The position numbers and the translations under genes are program-made. A DNA stretch of 64,000 nucleotides from Alphaproteobacteria bacterium (GTDB lineage Bacteria > Pseudomonadota > Alphaproteobacteria > Bin95): contig OZ219787.1 of the NCBI GenBank assembly GCA_964291285.2, positions 1,056,001 to 1,120,000 on the forward strand, written 5' to 3'. Each line of letters starts with the position of its first letter. The first letter of the stretch is position 1. Below are positions 49,787 to 59,280 of this stretch, piece by piece. Under the pieces are notes generated by a model. That model did not search any database, had not been told where the DNA came from, and saw only the letters and a program-made list of their open reading frames with translations.

Positions 49787-51175
49787 TTACGCGACCGCCT
49801 TGCCCTGCTTCGTCAGCAGGTCGAGGCCGGCATCGAGCGCACGGGCATAGCGGTCGAACATCTCGTCGATTTCGCTCGCGGTGATGACCAGCGGCGGCGC
49901 GAAGCACATCGAATCCCCGACCGGCCGCGTTATCAGGCCTTCCTGGGCGCAGAGGTCGTTGACGAGCGCGCCGACGCCGTCCGACGCCGCGAAGGCCTCC
50001 TTCGTCGCCTTGTCCTTCACCAACTCGGTGGCGCCGACCAGCCCGACACCGCGCGCCTCGCCGACCAGCGGATGGCCGGCGAAACCCTGGATCCGCTCCT
50101 GGAACCGGCCGACCACGCTCCGGACATGCCCGAGCGTGTCCTCCTCCTCATAGATCTTGAGGGTCTCCAGCGCGACCGCCGCCGCGACCGGATGGCCGGA
50201 ATAGGTGTAGCCGTGCCCGAACACGCCCATCTTGGCGCTCTGGTCGGCGATGGCCTGATAGACCTCGTCGCTGATCATCGTCGCCGAGATCGGCAGGTAG
50301 CTGGAGGAAAGCGCCTTGGCGCAGACCAGGATGTCGGGCTCAATGCCGAAGGTCTCCGAGCCCCAGAAATTCCCGGTCCGGCAGAAGCCGCAGATCACCT
50401 CGTCGGCGACGAACAGCACATCGTGCTTGCGCAGCACCTCCTGGATTTTCGGGAAGTAGGTGGCCGGCGGCACGATCACGCCGCCCGCGCCCATCACCGG
50501 CTCGGCGAAGAACGCGGCCACCGTCTCCGGGCCCTCGGACTCGATCAGCGCATCGAGTTCCTCGGCCATGCGGGTGGCGAAGTCCTCTTCGCTTTCGCCG
50601 TCCTCGCCGAAGCGGTAGTAGTGCGGATTGTTCGTGTGGATGAAGCGCTCGAGCGGCACGTCGAAGCCGGAATGGTTGAGCGAGCGGCCCGTCAGGCTGG
50701 CCGCTGCCAGCGTGATGCCGTGATAGCCGTTGACGCGGCCGATGATCTTCTTCTTCTGGTGGCGCCCGCGTGCGTTGTTGTAGTACCAGACGAACTTGAT
50801 CGCGGTGTCGTTCGCCTCGGATCCCGAGTTGTTGAAGAACACCTTGGAGACCGAAGTCGGTGCCAGGCCCATCAGCCGCTCGGCGAGGTCGATGCCGGGC
50901 AGGTGCGATTTCTGGCCGAACTGGTGGTAGTAGGGCAGGGTTTCGAGCTGCTTCACGGCGGCGGCGACGAGGCGCTTGTGCTGGAAGCCCAGCGAGGTGG
51001 ACCAGAGCCCGGCCATGCCTTCGATATACTGCTTGCCGCCCGTGTCCCAGACATAGACGCCTTCGCCGCGCTCGATGACCATCGGCCCCTGTTCTTCGTG
51101 CTGGCGGAAATTGGTGTAGGGGTGAAGCAGATACGCGACATCGCGCGCTTCCGGCGAATTCGGCTGCAACGGCAT
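49787..51175 (-). CDS. Class III PLP aminotransferase (omega-amine / polyamine type)
   Basis: LHPYT, GLW...LG, SGSEAND, YHG, EPV.GAGG, DEVICGF.RTG, AKALSS, HGYTYSGHP. Confidence 0.92.
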   Translation of the reverse strand: MPLQPNSPEARDVAYLLHPYTNFRQHEEQGPMVIERGEGVYVWDTGGKQYIEGMAGLWSTSLGFQHKRLVAAAVKQLETLPYYHQFGQKSHLPGIDLAERLMGLAPTSVSKVFFNNSGSEANDTAIKFVWYYNNARGRHQKKKIIGRVNGYHGITLAAASLTGRSLNHSGFDVPLERFIHTNNPHYYRFGEDGESEEDFATRMAEELDALIESEGPETVAAFFAEPVMGAGGVIVPPATYFPKIQEVLRKHDVLFVADEVICGFCRTGNFWGSETFGIEPDILVCAKALSSSYLPISATMISDEVYQAIADQSAKMGVFGHGYTYSGHPVAAAVALETLKIYEEEDTLGHVRSVVGRFQERIQGFAGHPLVGEARGVGLVGATELVKDKATKEAFAASDGVGALVNDLCAQEGLITRPVGDSMCFAPPLVITASEIDEMFDRYARALDAGLDLLTKQGKAVA

Positions 51176-51319
51176 GGGACGGCCTCCGGGGACGCAGGTG
51201 GCAGGGAGAGCCGCCAGTCTAGCACCCGGTCGAGGCTTGTCCAAAATACCATATAGGCCTGCGATTCAGGGCATCCCGTCCGCGCGCCTGGCAGGCTTCG
51301 ATACGCGGCCAATCGCGCG

Positions 51320-51347
51320 TTGACAGGGGGGCGGGTTGGTGCATCGT
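51320..51347 (+). promoter_or_regulatory. Candidate sigma70 promoter for the peptide ABC operon
   Basis: Perfect TTGACA at 51320, then 16 nt to a weak -10 (CATCGT), in a divergent intergenic region. Confidence 0.35.
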
Positions 51348-51494
51348 TCCGGAACGCCGACGGGAAGTCCCTGTCGTTAACGACCGCGAGATGCCCGGGC
51401 GCGGCGCCCTGTTGGCGCACGCCGGACGCAAACCTCGATGGCCGGGAACGCCGCGGATTCCGCCCGCCGGACGCCAAACAGGGAGAGGATACGC

Positions 51495-53033
51495 ATGAAT
51501 TTCGGGAAACTTGCGGGTACCGCAGCGTCGATTGCCGGGGCGGCGATGATCGCAGCCTCGGCAACCGCCGGACCGGACGACGATTCACTGGTCATCGCAT
51601 GGGGTTCGACCGGCCCTATCGAGAATGTCGACAACTATTTCAACACCAACCGGACGGGCATCTGGTTCAGCCGCATGGTCTGGGACCAGCTCATCTACCG
51701 TGAGCCGAAGACCTTCGAATACAAGCCGTTGCTGGCAACGAGCTGGGAGCTGCTGAACGACACGACCTGGCAGTTCAAGCTGCGTGAAGGCGTCAAGTTC
51801 CACAATGGCGAGCCGTTTGACGCCGATGACGTGGTCTTCACGCTGAACTGGATTTCGAACCCGGACAATGGCGTCAAGGTGCAGCGCAACGTCAACTGGA
51901 TCGACCGGGCCGAGAAGGTGGACCGGTACACAGTCAACCTGCACATGAAGAAGCCGTTCCCGCAGGCCTTCGAGTTTCTGTCGGGGCCGTTGACGATCTA
52001 TCCGAACGAATATTATGCCGAGGTCGGCCCCGAGGGCATGGGCCGAAAGCCGGTCGGCACAGGCCCGATGAAGGTCGTCTCGATCAAGACCGCCGAGGAG
52101 TATGTCTTCGAGAAGAACGAAGGCTACACTTGGGGTAGCCCGAAGGGCGCGGCGCAGGTTTCCAAGATGGTCGTGCGCGAGATCGCCGACGTGCAGACCC
52201 AGATCGCCGAGTTGCTGGCGGGCGGCATCGACGTGACGGCCGACATATCGGCGGACCATGTGGACCAGATCGGCCAGGTGCCGGGCTACAAGGCCCTGCA
52301 GGCCGGCACGATGCGCACCGGCTATATCGGCTTCGACGCCGCCGGCCGCGGCAATTTCGAGCCCACCACGAAGCTCAAGGTCCGCCAGGCGATGGCCCAT
52401 GCGATCGATCGCTCCGCGCTCGTAAAGAACCTGATCCGCGGCGACGCCGGCGTCATCCACACGCCCTGCTTCCCGACCCAGTTCGGCTGCGACGCCGAGG
52501 CGGCGGTCAGATACGAGTTCGATCCGGACAAGGCCAGAGCGCTTCTCGCTGAGGCAGGTTATCCGGACGGGTTCGATATCGACTTCTACACCTTCCGTCC
52601 TGCGGACTGGGCCGAAGCGATCATGGGCGACCTAGCCAAGGTCGGCATCAGGGCGACGCTCACCAAGATGCCTTACTTCGCGCTACGCGACAAACAGCGC
52701 AACGAAGGCACGACGCCGATGTTCCTGATGGACTGGGGTTCCTATTCGATGAACGACATGTCGGCGATCACCAGCCACTTCTTCAAGAAAGGGCCGGACG
52801 ATTTCGCGCTCGACGACGAAGTGGCGGCCTGGCTCGAGGAAGGCGACACGAGCTCCGACCCGGAGGTGCGCAAGGCTGCCTACCGCAAGGCCGTCGAGAA
52901 GATCACGCGCGAGGTCTACTGGCTGCCGATGTTCAACCATGTCCGGAACTACGCCTATCGCGAGGAGCTGAATTTCATCCCCTACCAGGATGAGATCCCG
53001 CGCTTCTGGCAATATGGCTGGGCGAGCAGCTGA
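51495..53033 (+). CDS. Peptide/nickel-type (family 5) ABC substrate-binding protein
   Basis: PLLA.SW, F.LR.GVKFHNGE.F.A.DV.F, PVGTGP, KVRQA..HAIDR, Y.PDKA..LL.EAGYPDGF. Confidence 0.93.
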   Translation: MNFGKLAGTAASIAGAAMIAASATAGPDDDSLVIAWGSTGPIENVDNYFNTNRTGIWFSRMVWDQLIYREPKTFEYKPLLATSWELLNDTTWQFKLREGVKFHNGEPFDADDVVFTLNWISNPDNGVKVQRNVNWIDRAEKVDRYTVNLHMKKPFPQAFEFLSGPLTIYPNEYYAEVGPEGMGRKPVGTGPMKVVSIKTAEEYVFEKNEGYTWGSPKGAAQVSKMVVREIADVQTQIAELLAGGIDVTADISADHVDQIGQVPGYKALQAGTMRTGYIGFDAAGRGNFEPTTKLKVRQAMAHAIDRSALVKNLIRGDAGVIHTPCFPTQFGCDAEAAVRYEFDPDKARALLAEAGYPDGFDIDFYTFRPADWAEAIMGDLAKVGIRATLTKMPYFALRDKQRNEGTTPMFLMDWGSYSMNDMSAITSHFFKKGPDDFALDDEVAAWLEEGDTSSDPEVRKAAYRKAVEKITREVYWLPMFNHVRNYAYREELNFIPYQDEIPRFWQYGWASS

Positions 53034-53064
53034 CGGCACGGCGCCCCCGCCAGAGGCGTAGCGT

Positions 53065-53093
53065 GGCAGGGCGGGCCGTGTTCCCGCCCTGCC
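53065..53093 (+). terminator. Intercistronic stem-loop after the SBP gene (partial terminator or mRNA stabiliser)
   Basis: Perfect 11-bp stem GGCAGGGCGGG / CCCGCCCTGCC, 7-nt loop, followed by GTTT. Confidence 0.65.
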
Positions 53094-53121
53094 GTTTCCC
53101 TAACCGTCGGAGAGCGGCGGA

Positions 53122-54039
53122 ATGCCGGCCTACACGCTCAAGCGGACCCTCGTTGCGTTCCTGATCCTAATCGTCGTGTCGGGGCTGACCTTTTCGCTCA
53201 GCCACCTCTCGGCCGATCCGGCGCTGACCATTGGAGGAGAGCAGGCGAGCGAGGAGGACATCCAGGCGATCCGCAAGCTCTACGGCTTCGACCGGCCGAT
53301 CCATGTCCAGTATCTTGACTGGCTCGGCCGCGCGCTCGCCGGCGATTTTGGCGAGAGCTACCACTACAAGCAGCGCGTCTTCGACATGGTCTCCGAGCGG
53401 ATCGGGCGCACCATGCTGCTTGGCACGCTGGCGATCCTGTTCGCGCTGGCGGTCTCGATCCCTCTGGGTACGCTCGCCGCCATGCGGCCCAATTCGATCA
53501 TCGACCGGATCGCGCTGTTCATTGCGGTTCTGGGCCAGGCGTTGCCGACCTTCTGGTTCGCGCTGATGATGATAATCGTCTTCGGCGTCTGGTGGCGCTG
53601 GCTGCCGATTTCCGGCCATACGCAGTGGGCCAACTATGTCATGCCCACCATCGCGCTCGGCTACTACGCCACGCCGGCGCTTATGCGCCTGACCCGCGCC
53701 GGCATGATCGAGGTGTTGGCCTCCGACTATATCCGCACGGCGCGCGCCAAGGGGCTGAGCCCGGCCTCGGTGCTCTTCAAGCATGCGCTGAGGAACGCGA
53801 TCATCCCGGTCGTGGCGCTGGCGGCCGTGTGGTTCGGGTTCATGCTGGGCGGCTCGATCGTCATCGAGACGATCTTCAACCTCAAGGGCATCGGGTGGCT
53901 GTCCTACGATGCGCTGCTGCGCTCGGACCTGCCGGTGGTGCAGGCGATCGTGCTGGTCTTCGCCTCGTTCTATGTGGTGCTGACGCTGCTGGCCGACCTG
54001 CTCAACGCTTGGCTCGACCCGCGAATCTCGGTGCGCTGA
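53122..54039 (+). CDS. Peptide ABC permease (DppB-like)
   Basis: GDFG.S, DYIRTARAKG, HALRNA, IETIF..G.G, N..LDPRI. Confidence 0.93.
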   Translation: MPAYTLKRTLVAFLILIVVSGLTFSLSHLSADPALTIGGEQASEEDIQAIRKLYGFDRPIHVQYLDWLGRALAGDFGESYHYKQRVFDMVSERIGRTMLLGTLAILFALAVSIPLGTLAAMRPNSIIDRIALFIAVLGQALPTFWFALMMIIVFGVWWRWLPISGHTQWANYVMPTIALGYYATPALMRLTRAGMIEVLASDYIRTARAKGLSPASVLFKHALRNAIIPVVALAAVWFGFMLGGSIVIETIFNLKGIGWLSYDALLRSDLPVVQAIVLVFASFYVVLTLLADLLNAWLDPRISVR

Positions 54040-54048
54040 GGCATTGCC

Positions 54049-54975
54049 GTGACCGATAGCAGCACAGCCAGGTCCCTCGTTTTCCGGCAGCGGCAGACGG
54101 CCGAGGAAATCCTCGAGCCCTCGCCCTGGTCCAAGCTCCGCCGGCGCATTCTCGGCAACCGCAGCTTCCTGATCGGCGCGGTCATTCTCGCCGCCATCTT
54201 CGCGGTGGCGATCCTCGCACCCCTGCTCGCGCCGCACGACCCCTACGACCAGGACCTTGCGAAGCGCCTGACCAACCCGTTCTGGCATGAGAAGAAGGTC
54301 GATCCGGAGCATGTCCTCGGCACCGACAAGGTGGGCCGGGACTATCTCTCGCGGCTCATCTACGGCAGCCAGATATCACTGCTGATCGGCTTCTCGACGA
54401 TGCTCATCTCGGGCGTCATCGGCACGGTTCTGGGCGTGACAGCGGGGTATTTTGGCGGCCGGGTCGATATGGTGGTGAATTTCATCATCAACACGCGGCT
54501 CGCCATGCCCGTGTTCCTGGTTGCGATGGCGGCGGTGGTGGCCTTCGGCGCCTCGCTCACCGTAGTGATTCTGGTTCTCGGATTGTTCCTGTGGGACCGC
54601 TTCGCCGTGGTGATGCGGAGCATCACCATGCAGGCGCGTGATCTCGACTATGTGAAGGCGGCGCGCGCCATGGGCTGCTCGACGCCCTATATCATCGTGC
54701 GCGAGATATTCCCCAATGTGCTCTCGTCGCTGACCGTGGTGGCGACGGTCGAGATGGCGAACGCGATCCTGCTCGAAGCCGCGCTCTCCTTCCTCGGCTT
54801 CGGCGTGCAGGCGCCGACGCCGAGTTGGGGCCTGATGCTGAACGAGGGGCGCGAATACATGTTCTTCTCGCCCTGGCTGCTGGCATTGCCCGGCGTCTGC
54901 CTCTTCATGCTTGTGCTGGCGATCAACCTCTTCGGCGATGGGCTGCGCGACGTGACGCTCGAACGGGAACGTTGA
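54049..54975 (+). CDS. Peptide ABC permease (DppC-like)
   Basis: H.LGTD..GRD..SRL.YG, EAALSFLG.G...P.PSWG, NL.GDGLRD. Confidence 0.93.
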   Translation: MTDSSTARSLVFRQRQTAEEILEPSPWSKLRRRILGNRSFLIGAVILAAIFAVAILAPLLAPHDPYDQDLAKRLTNPFWHEKKVDPEHVLGTDKVGRDYLSRLIYGSQISLLIGFSTMLISGVIGTVLGVTAGYFGGRVDMVVNFIINTRLAMPVFLVAMAAVVAFGASLTVVILVLGLFLWDRFAVVMRSITMQARDLDYVKAARAMGCSTPYIIVREIFPNVLSSLTVVATVEMANAILLEAALSFLGFGVQAPTPSWGLMLNEGREYMFFSPWLLALPGVCLFMLVLAINLFGDGLRDVTLERER

Positions 54976-54979
54976 GACG

Positions 54980-55990
54980 GTGTCCGGGACGCTCCTTGAG
55001 GTCGAGAACCTTTCGGTCGATATCCCTGTCGCGGCCGGGATGCTGCACCCCGTGCGCGGCATCGATTTCTCCGTCTCGCGCGGCGAGACGCTCTGCATTG
55101 TCGGCGAGTCCGGCTGCGGCAAGTCGCTGACATCGCTCGCGATCATGGGGCTTCTACCGAAGACCGCCCGGCGCGCCGCCGACCGGATGAACTTTCTCGG
55201 CCGCGATATCCGCAACCTTCGCGAGCGCGAGATGGCGCGCTTGCGCGGCGGCTCCATGTCGATGATCTTCCAGGAGCCGATGACCTCGCTCAATCCGTCC
55301 TATACCATCGGCAACCAGCTTTCCGAGGTCTATCTGCGCCATGTGGAGCAGAACCGCATGGCGGCGCGCGACCGGGCCGAGTTCCTGCTTGAAAAGGTCG
55401 GCATTTCCTCCGCCGCCTCGCGCCTCGGCCAGTATCCCCACCAGCTGTCCGGCGGGCAGCGCCAGCGCGTGATGATCGCCATGGCGCTGATGTGCGGGCC
55501 GGAGCTGATTATCGCGGACGAACCGACCACCGCGCTCGATGTCACCATCCAGGCCCAGATTCTCCATCTTCTGGCGGAACTCCAGCACGAATTCGAGATG
55601 GGCATGATCCTCATCACCCACGATCTCGGCATCGTCGCGCGCGTCGCCGACAAGGTTCAGGTGATGTATGCGGGCAAGACGGTCGAGGAGGGCTCGTGCG
55701 AAGCGGTCTTCGATGCGCCCATGCACCCCTACACGCAGGGACTGCTGCGCTGCATCCCGATCCCGGGCCGGACGCGGCGTGGCGAGCGCCTGGGTTCGGT
55801 GCCGGGCATCGTGCCGAACCTCGTCGGCGAACTCTCCGGCTGCATGTTCCGCAATCGCTGCGACTATGCAAGCGACGCCTGCGCCAGCATGAGGGACGAG
55901 CCGACGCACATGGGCGACGGCCACGCCTATACCTGCTTGCGCGCGCCGGAAGAAGTGCTGGGCGAACGGCAGGCGGCCGCCGCGCCATGA
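54980..55990 (+). CDS. Peptide ABC ATPase (DppD-like)
   Basis: GESGCGKS, FQEPM.SLNP, YPHQLSGGQRQR, DEPTTALD, HPYT, Cys-rich tail. Confidence 0.93.
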   Translation: MSGTLLEVENLSVDIPVAAGMLHPVRGIDFSVSRGETLCIVGESGCGKSLTSLAIMGLLPKTARRAADRMNFLGRDIRNLREREMARLRGGSMSMIFQEPMTSLNPSYTIGNQLSEVYLRHVEQNRMAARDRAEFLLEKVGISSAASRLGQYPHQLSGGQRQRVMIAMALMCGPELIIADEPTTALDVTIQAQILHLLAELQHEFEMGMILITHDLGIVARVADKVQVMYAGKTVEEGSCEAVFDAPMHPYTQGLLRCIPIPGRTRRGERLGSVPGIVPNLVGELSGCMFRNRCDYASDACASMRDEPTHMGDGHAYTCLRAPEEVLGERQAAAAP

Positions 55991-56973
55991 CCGAAGCCCC
56001 TGCGCTCGAAACCGTGGATGTCAGCTGCGTCTTCCAGGTCAGCCAGGGCCTCCTGCGCGGCTCGAAGCCGCTCCGTGCGGTCAACGGCGTCTCGTTGAAG
56101 ATACCCAGGGGCCAGGTCGTCGGGCTGGTAGGCGAGTCCGGCTGCGGGAAGAGCACTATGGCGAACATCCTGCTCGGTCTGCAGCGGCCGAGTTCGGGGG
56201 ACGTGCTCTATTCCGGCAACAGTGCGGCCGGCTTCTCCCGCCGCCAGATTGCGCGCCGGATCCAGCCCATCTTTCAGGACCCCTATTCCTCGCTTAACCC
56301 GACCAAGACCATCGAGTCCATCGTCTCCCAGCCGCTCAGGATCCATAATGTGGGCGTGCCATCGGAATGGTCCGCCAGGGTCGGCGAAATGCTCGATGTC
56401 GTGGGTCTGCCGCGCCGGGTGGCATCCAGTTATCCGAGCCAGCTCTCCGGTGGTCAGCGTCAGCGGGTGGCGATTGCCCGCGCGCTCATCATGCGCCCGG
56501 AAGTCGTAATCTGCGACGAGCCGACTTCCGCGCTCGATGTCTCGGTGCAGAGCCAGATCCTCAACCTGCTGCAGGATCTGAAAGAGGAATTCGGGCTTAC
56601 CTACCTGCTCATCAGTCACAATCTGGCCGTGGTCCAACACATGGCGGACCGGGTGGCGGTGATGTATCTGGGCCGGATCGTCGAGGAGGCTGACTCGGAC
56701 ACGCTGTTTGGCGACCCGCGCCATCCCTATACCCGCGCCCTTCTAGACTCGGTGCTGACGCCCGACCCGCGCCTCGGCGTGCCCGATACGCATCTCGGCG
56801 CCGTCTTCCCGAACCCCATCGACCCGCCGCCCGGCTGCACCTTCCACCCGCGTTGCCCGGAGTGCATGACGATCTGCCGGTCCGAGCCGCCACGGCCGGC
56901 CCTGGATGGTGGCCACAACACCGAATGCCATCTCTATGGCGGTGCAGTCGTGCCTCGAACCGCGACCCAGTGA
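55987..56973 (+). CDS. Peptide ABC ATPase (DppF-like)
   Basis: GESGCGKST, FQDPYSSLNP, LSGGQRQR, PPPGC.FHPRC; ATGA overlap with the previous gene. Confidence 0.93.
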   Translation: MTEAPALETVDVSCVFQVSQGLLRGSKPLRAVNGVSLKIPRGQVVGLVGESGCGKSTMANILLGLQRPSSGDVLYSGNSAAGFSRRQIARRIQPIFQDPYSSLNPTKTIESIVSQPLRIHNVGVPSEWSARVGEMLDVVGLPRRVASSYPSQLSGGQRQRVAIARALIMRPEVVICDEPTSALDVSVQSQILNLLQDLKEEFGLTYLLISHNLAVVQHMADRVAVMYLGRIVEEADSDTLFGDPRHPYTRALLDSVLTPDPRLGVPDTHLGAVFPNPIDPPPGCTFHPRCPECMTICRSEPPRPALDGGHNTECHLYGGAVVPRTATQ

Positions 56974-56984
56974 GGGAACAGCCC

Positions 56985-58442
56985 ATGAAAGTCTTCATCG
57001 CCTGCCTCGGGACCGAGACCAACACCTTCTCATCCATGCCGACCGGCGTGCGGACCTTCGAGGACACCATGCTGTTCCGCGGCGACGCGACCGGCCATCC
57101 GGCCTCCACCTTCAGCCTGCCGCTGCATGTCTGGCGCGCCGCCGCCGAGGAGCGTCAGGGCCAGGTCGTGGAGAGCCTCGCGGCCTTCGCCCAGCCCGCC
57201 GGGCTCACCGTGCGCAGGGTCTATGAGGGCTTTCGCGACGAGATACTGGACGACCTCCGCGCGGCGATGCCGGTCGATATCGTGCTCCTGTCCATGCACG
57301 GCGCCATGACCGCCGAGGGCTATGAGGACTGCGAGGGCGACCTGCTCGCCCGCGTGCGCGGGGTCGTCGGGCCGGATGCCATAGTCGGCGGCGAGTTGGA
57401 CCTCCACTGCTCGATCACCCCGAAAATGGTCGAGAACGCGGATGCGCTGGTCACGTTCAAGGAATATCCGCATATCGACGGCGGCGCACGCGCGGCCGAG
57501 CTGTTCGATATCTGCCTTGCCGCCCACCAGGGCGACGCGAGACCGGTCATGGCGGTCCATGACTGCCGGATGGTCGGCATGTGGCGCACGCCCGTCGAAC
57601 CGGTGCGGGGCCTGGTCGAGGACATGCAGGCGGCCGAGGGCAGGGACGGCATCCTCTCCGTCTCCTTCGCGCACGGCTTCCCCTGGCAGGACGTGCCGGA
57701 AACCACGGCCAGGGTGCTGGTCGTGGCCGATGGCGACGGCGCTCTCGCAGCCGAGACCGCAAGGGCCTTCGGGCAGCGGATCTGGGAGTTGCGCGACGAG
57801 ACCGGGCAGGACACCGTGACCATCGACGAGGCGCTGGACCTGATCGAGGAAGGTCCGGGTCCGGTGGTGGTCGCCGATGTCGCCGACAATGCCGGCGGCG
57901 GTGCGCCCTCGGACTCGACCTTCCTGCTGGCTCGCGCGCTCGAACGCGGCGCGACCGGGCTGCTCTCGGGCTATTACTGGGATCCGGTCGCCGTGCGCTT
58001 CTGCGAGGAGGCGGGCGAGGGCGCCACGCTCAGGCTCCGGATCGGCGGCAAATGCGGGCCGGACTCCGGCATGCCCCTGGACCTGACAGTCACCGTGAAG
58101 CGCATACTGGAGGGCGCCGTGCAGAGCTTCGGCGAGGCAACCATGGGCATGGGCACGGCCGTCTGGCTCTCCTCGGATGCGGGCATCGACCTCATCGTGA
58201 ACTCGGCCCGTACCCAGGTCTTTCATCCGGACGGCATGAGCCAGCTCGGCATCGACCCGGCGAGCTACAGGGGCATCGCCGTCAAATCGACCCAGCATTT
58301 CTATGCCGGCTTCGCGCCCATTGCATCGCGGATCGCCTATGTTGCCTGCGAAGGCGCCATCCCGCCCGACTTCGCGACGATCCCCTATGAGCGCTTCTCC
58401 GCCCCCTACTGGCCGCGCGTCGAGAATCCGCACGAGGACTGA
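56985..58442 (+). CDS. M81-family (MlrC-like) metallopeptidase
   Basis: ETNTFS, MHGAM, D.EGDLL, LDLH, YPHID, D..DN.GGG..SD.T, VKS..HF.A.F.P. Confidence 0.9.
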   Translation: MKVFIACLGTETNTFSSMPTGVRTFEDTMLFRGDATGHPASTFSLPLHVWRAAAEERQGQVVESLAAFAQPAGLTVRRVYEGFRDEILDDLRAAMPVDIVLLSMHGAMTAEGYEDCEGDLLARVRGVVGPDAIVGGELDLHCSITPKMVENADALVTFKEYPHIDGGARAAELFDICLAAHQGDARPVMAVHDCRMVGMWRTPVEPVRGLVEDMQAAEGRDGILSVSFAHGFPWQDVPETTARVLVVADGDGALAAETARAFGQRIWELRDETGQDTVTIDEALDLIEEGPGPVVVADVADNAGGGAPSDSTFLLARALERGATGLLSGYYWDPVAVRFCEEAGEGATLRLRIGGKCGPDSGMPLDLTVTVKRILEGAVQSFGEATMGMGTAVWLSSDAGIDLIVNSARTQVFHPDGMSQLGIDPASYRGIAVKSTQHFYAGFAPIASRIAYVACEGAIPPDFATIPYERFSAPYWPRVENPHED

Positions 58443-58497
58443 CGGCCGGGCCGTCCGCCTCCAACAGGCGTCGCCGAAAGACTTCGGGAACGGGGGA

Positions 58498-58573
58498 TGG
58501 TGCCGCGCAAAGGATTCGAACCCTTGACCTGCCGATTACAAATCGGCTGCTCTACCGACTGAGCTAGCGCGGC
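58498..58573 (-). tRNA. tRNA-Thr (anticodon UGU)
   Basis: Reverse complement GCCGCGC-TA-GCTC..GAGC-A-GCCGA-TTTGTAA-TCGGC..AAGGG-TTCGAAT-CCTTT-GCGCGGC-ACCA folds as a full cloverleaf with encoded CCA. Confidence 0.96.
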
Positions 58574-58623
58574 GTCCGGCTTATTCTACCCGGTCGCCGC
58601 CGGCGGCGAAACGGCCCGCCTGC

Positions 58624-59160
58624 TCTCGCGAAGGCGGAGGGGCCGCCCCGCCGGTGCGCGGGGGCAGGCAGGGCCGGGACGACATAAAGCCATATTCCAG
58701 TATTTTTTCCCATTCAGTTCAGGCCGTTAGCCCCGGAGAAGAAAAAAGCTTCCTCACAGGGGCTTGCAATCCGGAAGAAGCAATACCAGAATAAAAAGCG
58801 AACACAAAACCGGAGGCGGTCAACCGGGGCCGCTTTTGCGGGGCGTTCTTCTGCAGGGGGCGTCCCGCCTTCCCCGAACCTGGATCATGCCGGGCGTGTT
58901 CCGTGCCGGGTGCAGACCCGGCACACAGGACAGGTGCGCCCGCGAAGGCGGGGGCCGCTGCAACACGAAAGGAGACACGACCCGTGACCGACCCTTCGCC
59001 CCCGACCGGCCTCCGAGCCGGCGATGCGCCGCGCCCCTCGCGCGCGGGCGGGCAATCAGGCGCGCGAACCGCGCCGGCGCCGACGCCCGCCCGCGCCGGC
59101 ACGCGATACGCGCGAAACAGGGTCGCTCCCCCCATCGTCGCCCCCGCGAAGGCGGAGGCC
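58624..59160. repeat. Three degenerate REP-like CGC-GAAG-GCG hairpins
   Basis: TCTCGCGAAGGCGGAG (~58624), CCCGCGAAGGCGGGGGCC (~58939) and CGTCGCCCCCGCGAAGGCGGAGGCC (~59136). Confidence 0.5.
58764..58803 (+). promoter_or_regulatory. Candidate sigma70 promoter overlapped by an alphaproteobacterial LexA (SOS) box
   Basis: TTGCAA-17 nt-CAGAAT in an AT-rich patch; GAAT-AAAAAGC-GAAC at 58789-58803 is one mismatch from GAAC-N7-GAAC. Confidence 0.55.
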
Positions 59161-59277
59161 GGGGTGACGGAGGAGGCGACGGCAGGGAGGCCGCCATGGC
59201 TCGCGAAACGACCCCTCGAACCGGCGGCAGCCGTTGGAGTACGAACCCGGAACATGACAAAACATGACATTTCATGA
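58984..59277 (+). CDS. Possible low-complexity Pro/Ala/Arg-rich hypothetical protein (97 aa)
   Basis: Strong RBS AAAGGAGA 8 nt before GTG; no recognisable domain. Confidence 0.3.
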   Translation: MTDPSPPTGLRAGDAPRPSRAGGQSGARTAPAPTPARAGTRYARNRVAPPIVAPAKAEAGVTEEATAGRPPWLAKRPLEPAAAVGVRTRNMTKHDIS

Positions 59278-59280
59278 CAC
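59251..59280. repeat. Three tandem 10-bp units with core CATGACA
   Basis: AACATGACAA-AACATGACAT-TTCATGACAC. Confidence 0.75.

Noticed and set aside
30095-54051. Other in-frame UGA junctions (30097/30131, 32390/32383, 54039/54049) as Sec read-through sites
   Set aside because: Both partners in each pair are complete members of separate families; in-frame spacing is expected by chance.
58443-58573. tRNA-Thr as an integration site
   Set aside because: No integrase and no duplicated tRNA 3' end noticed in the window.
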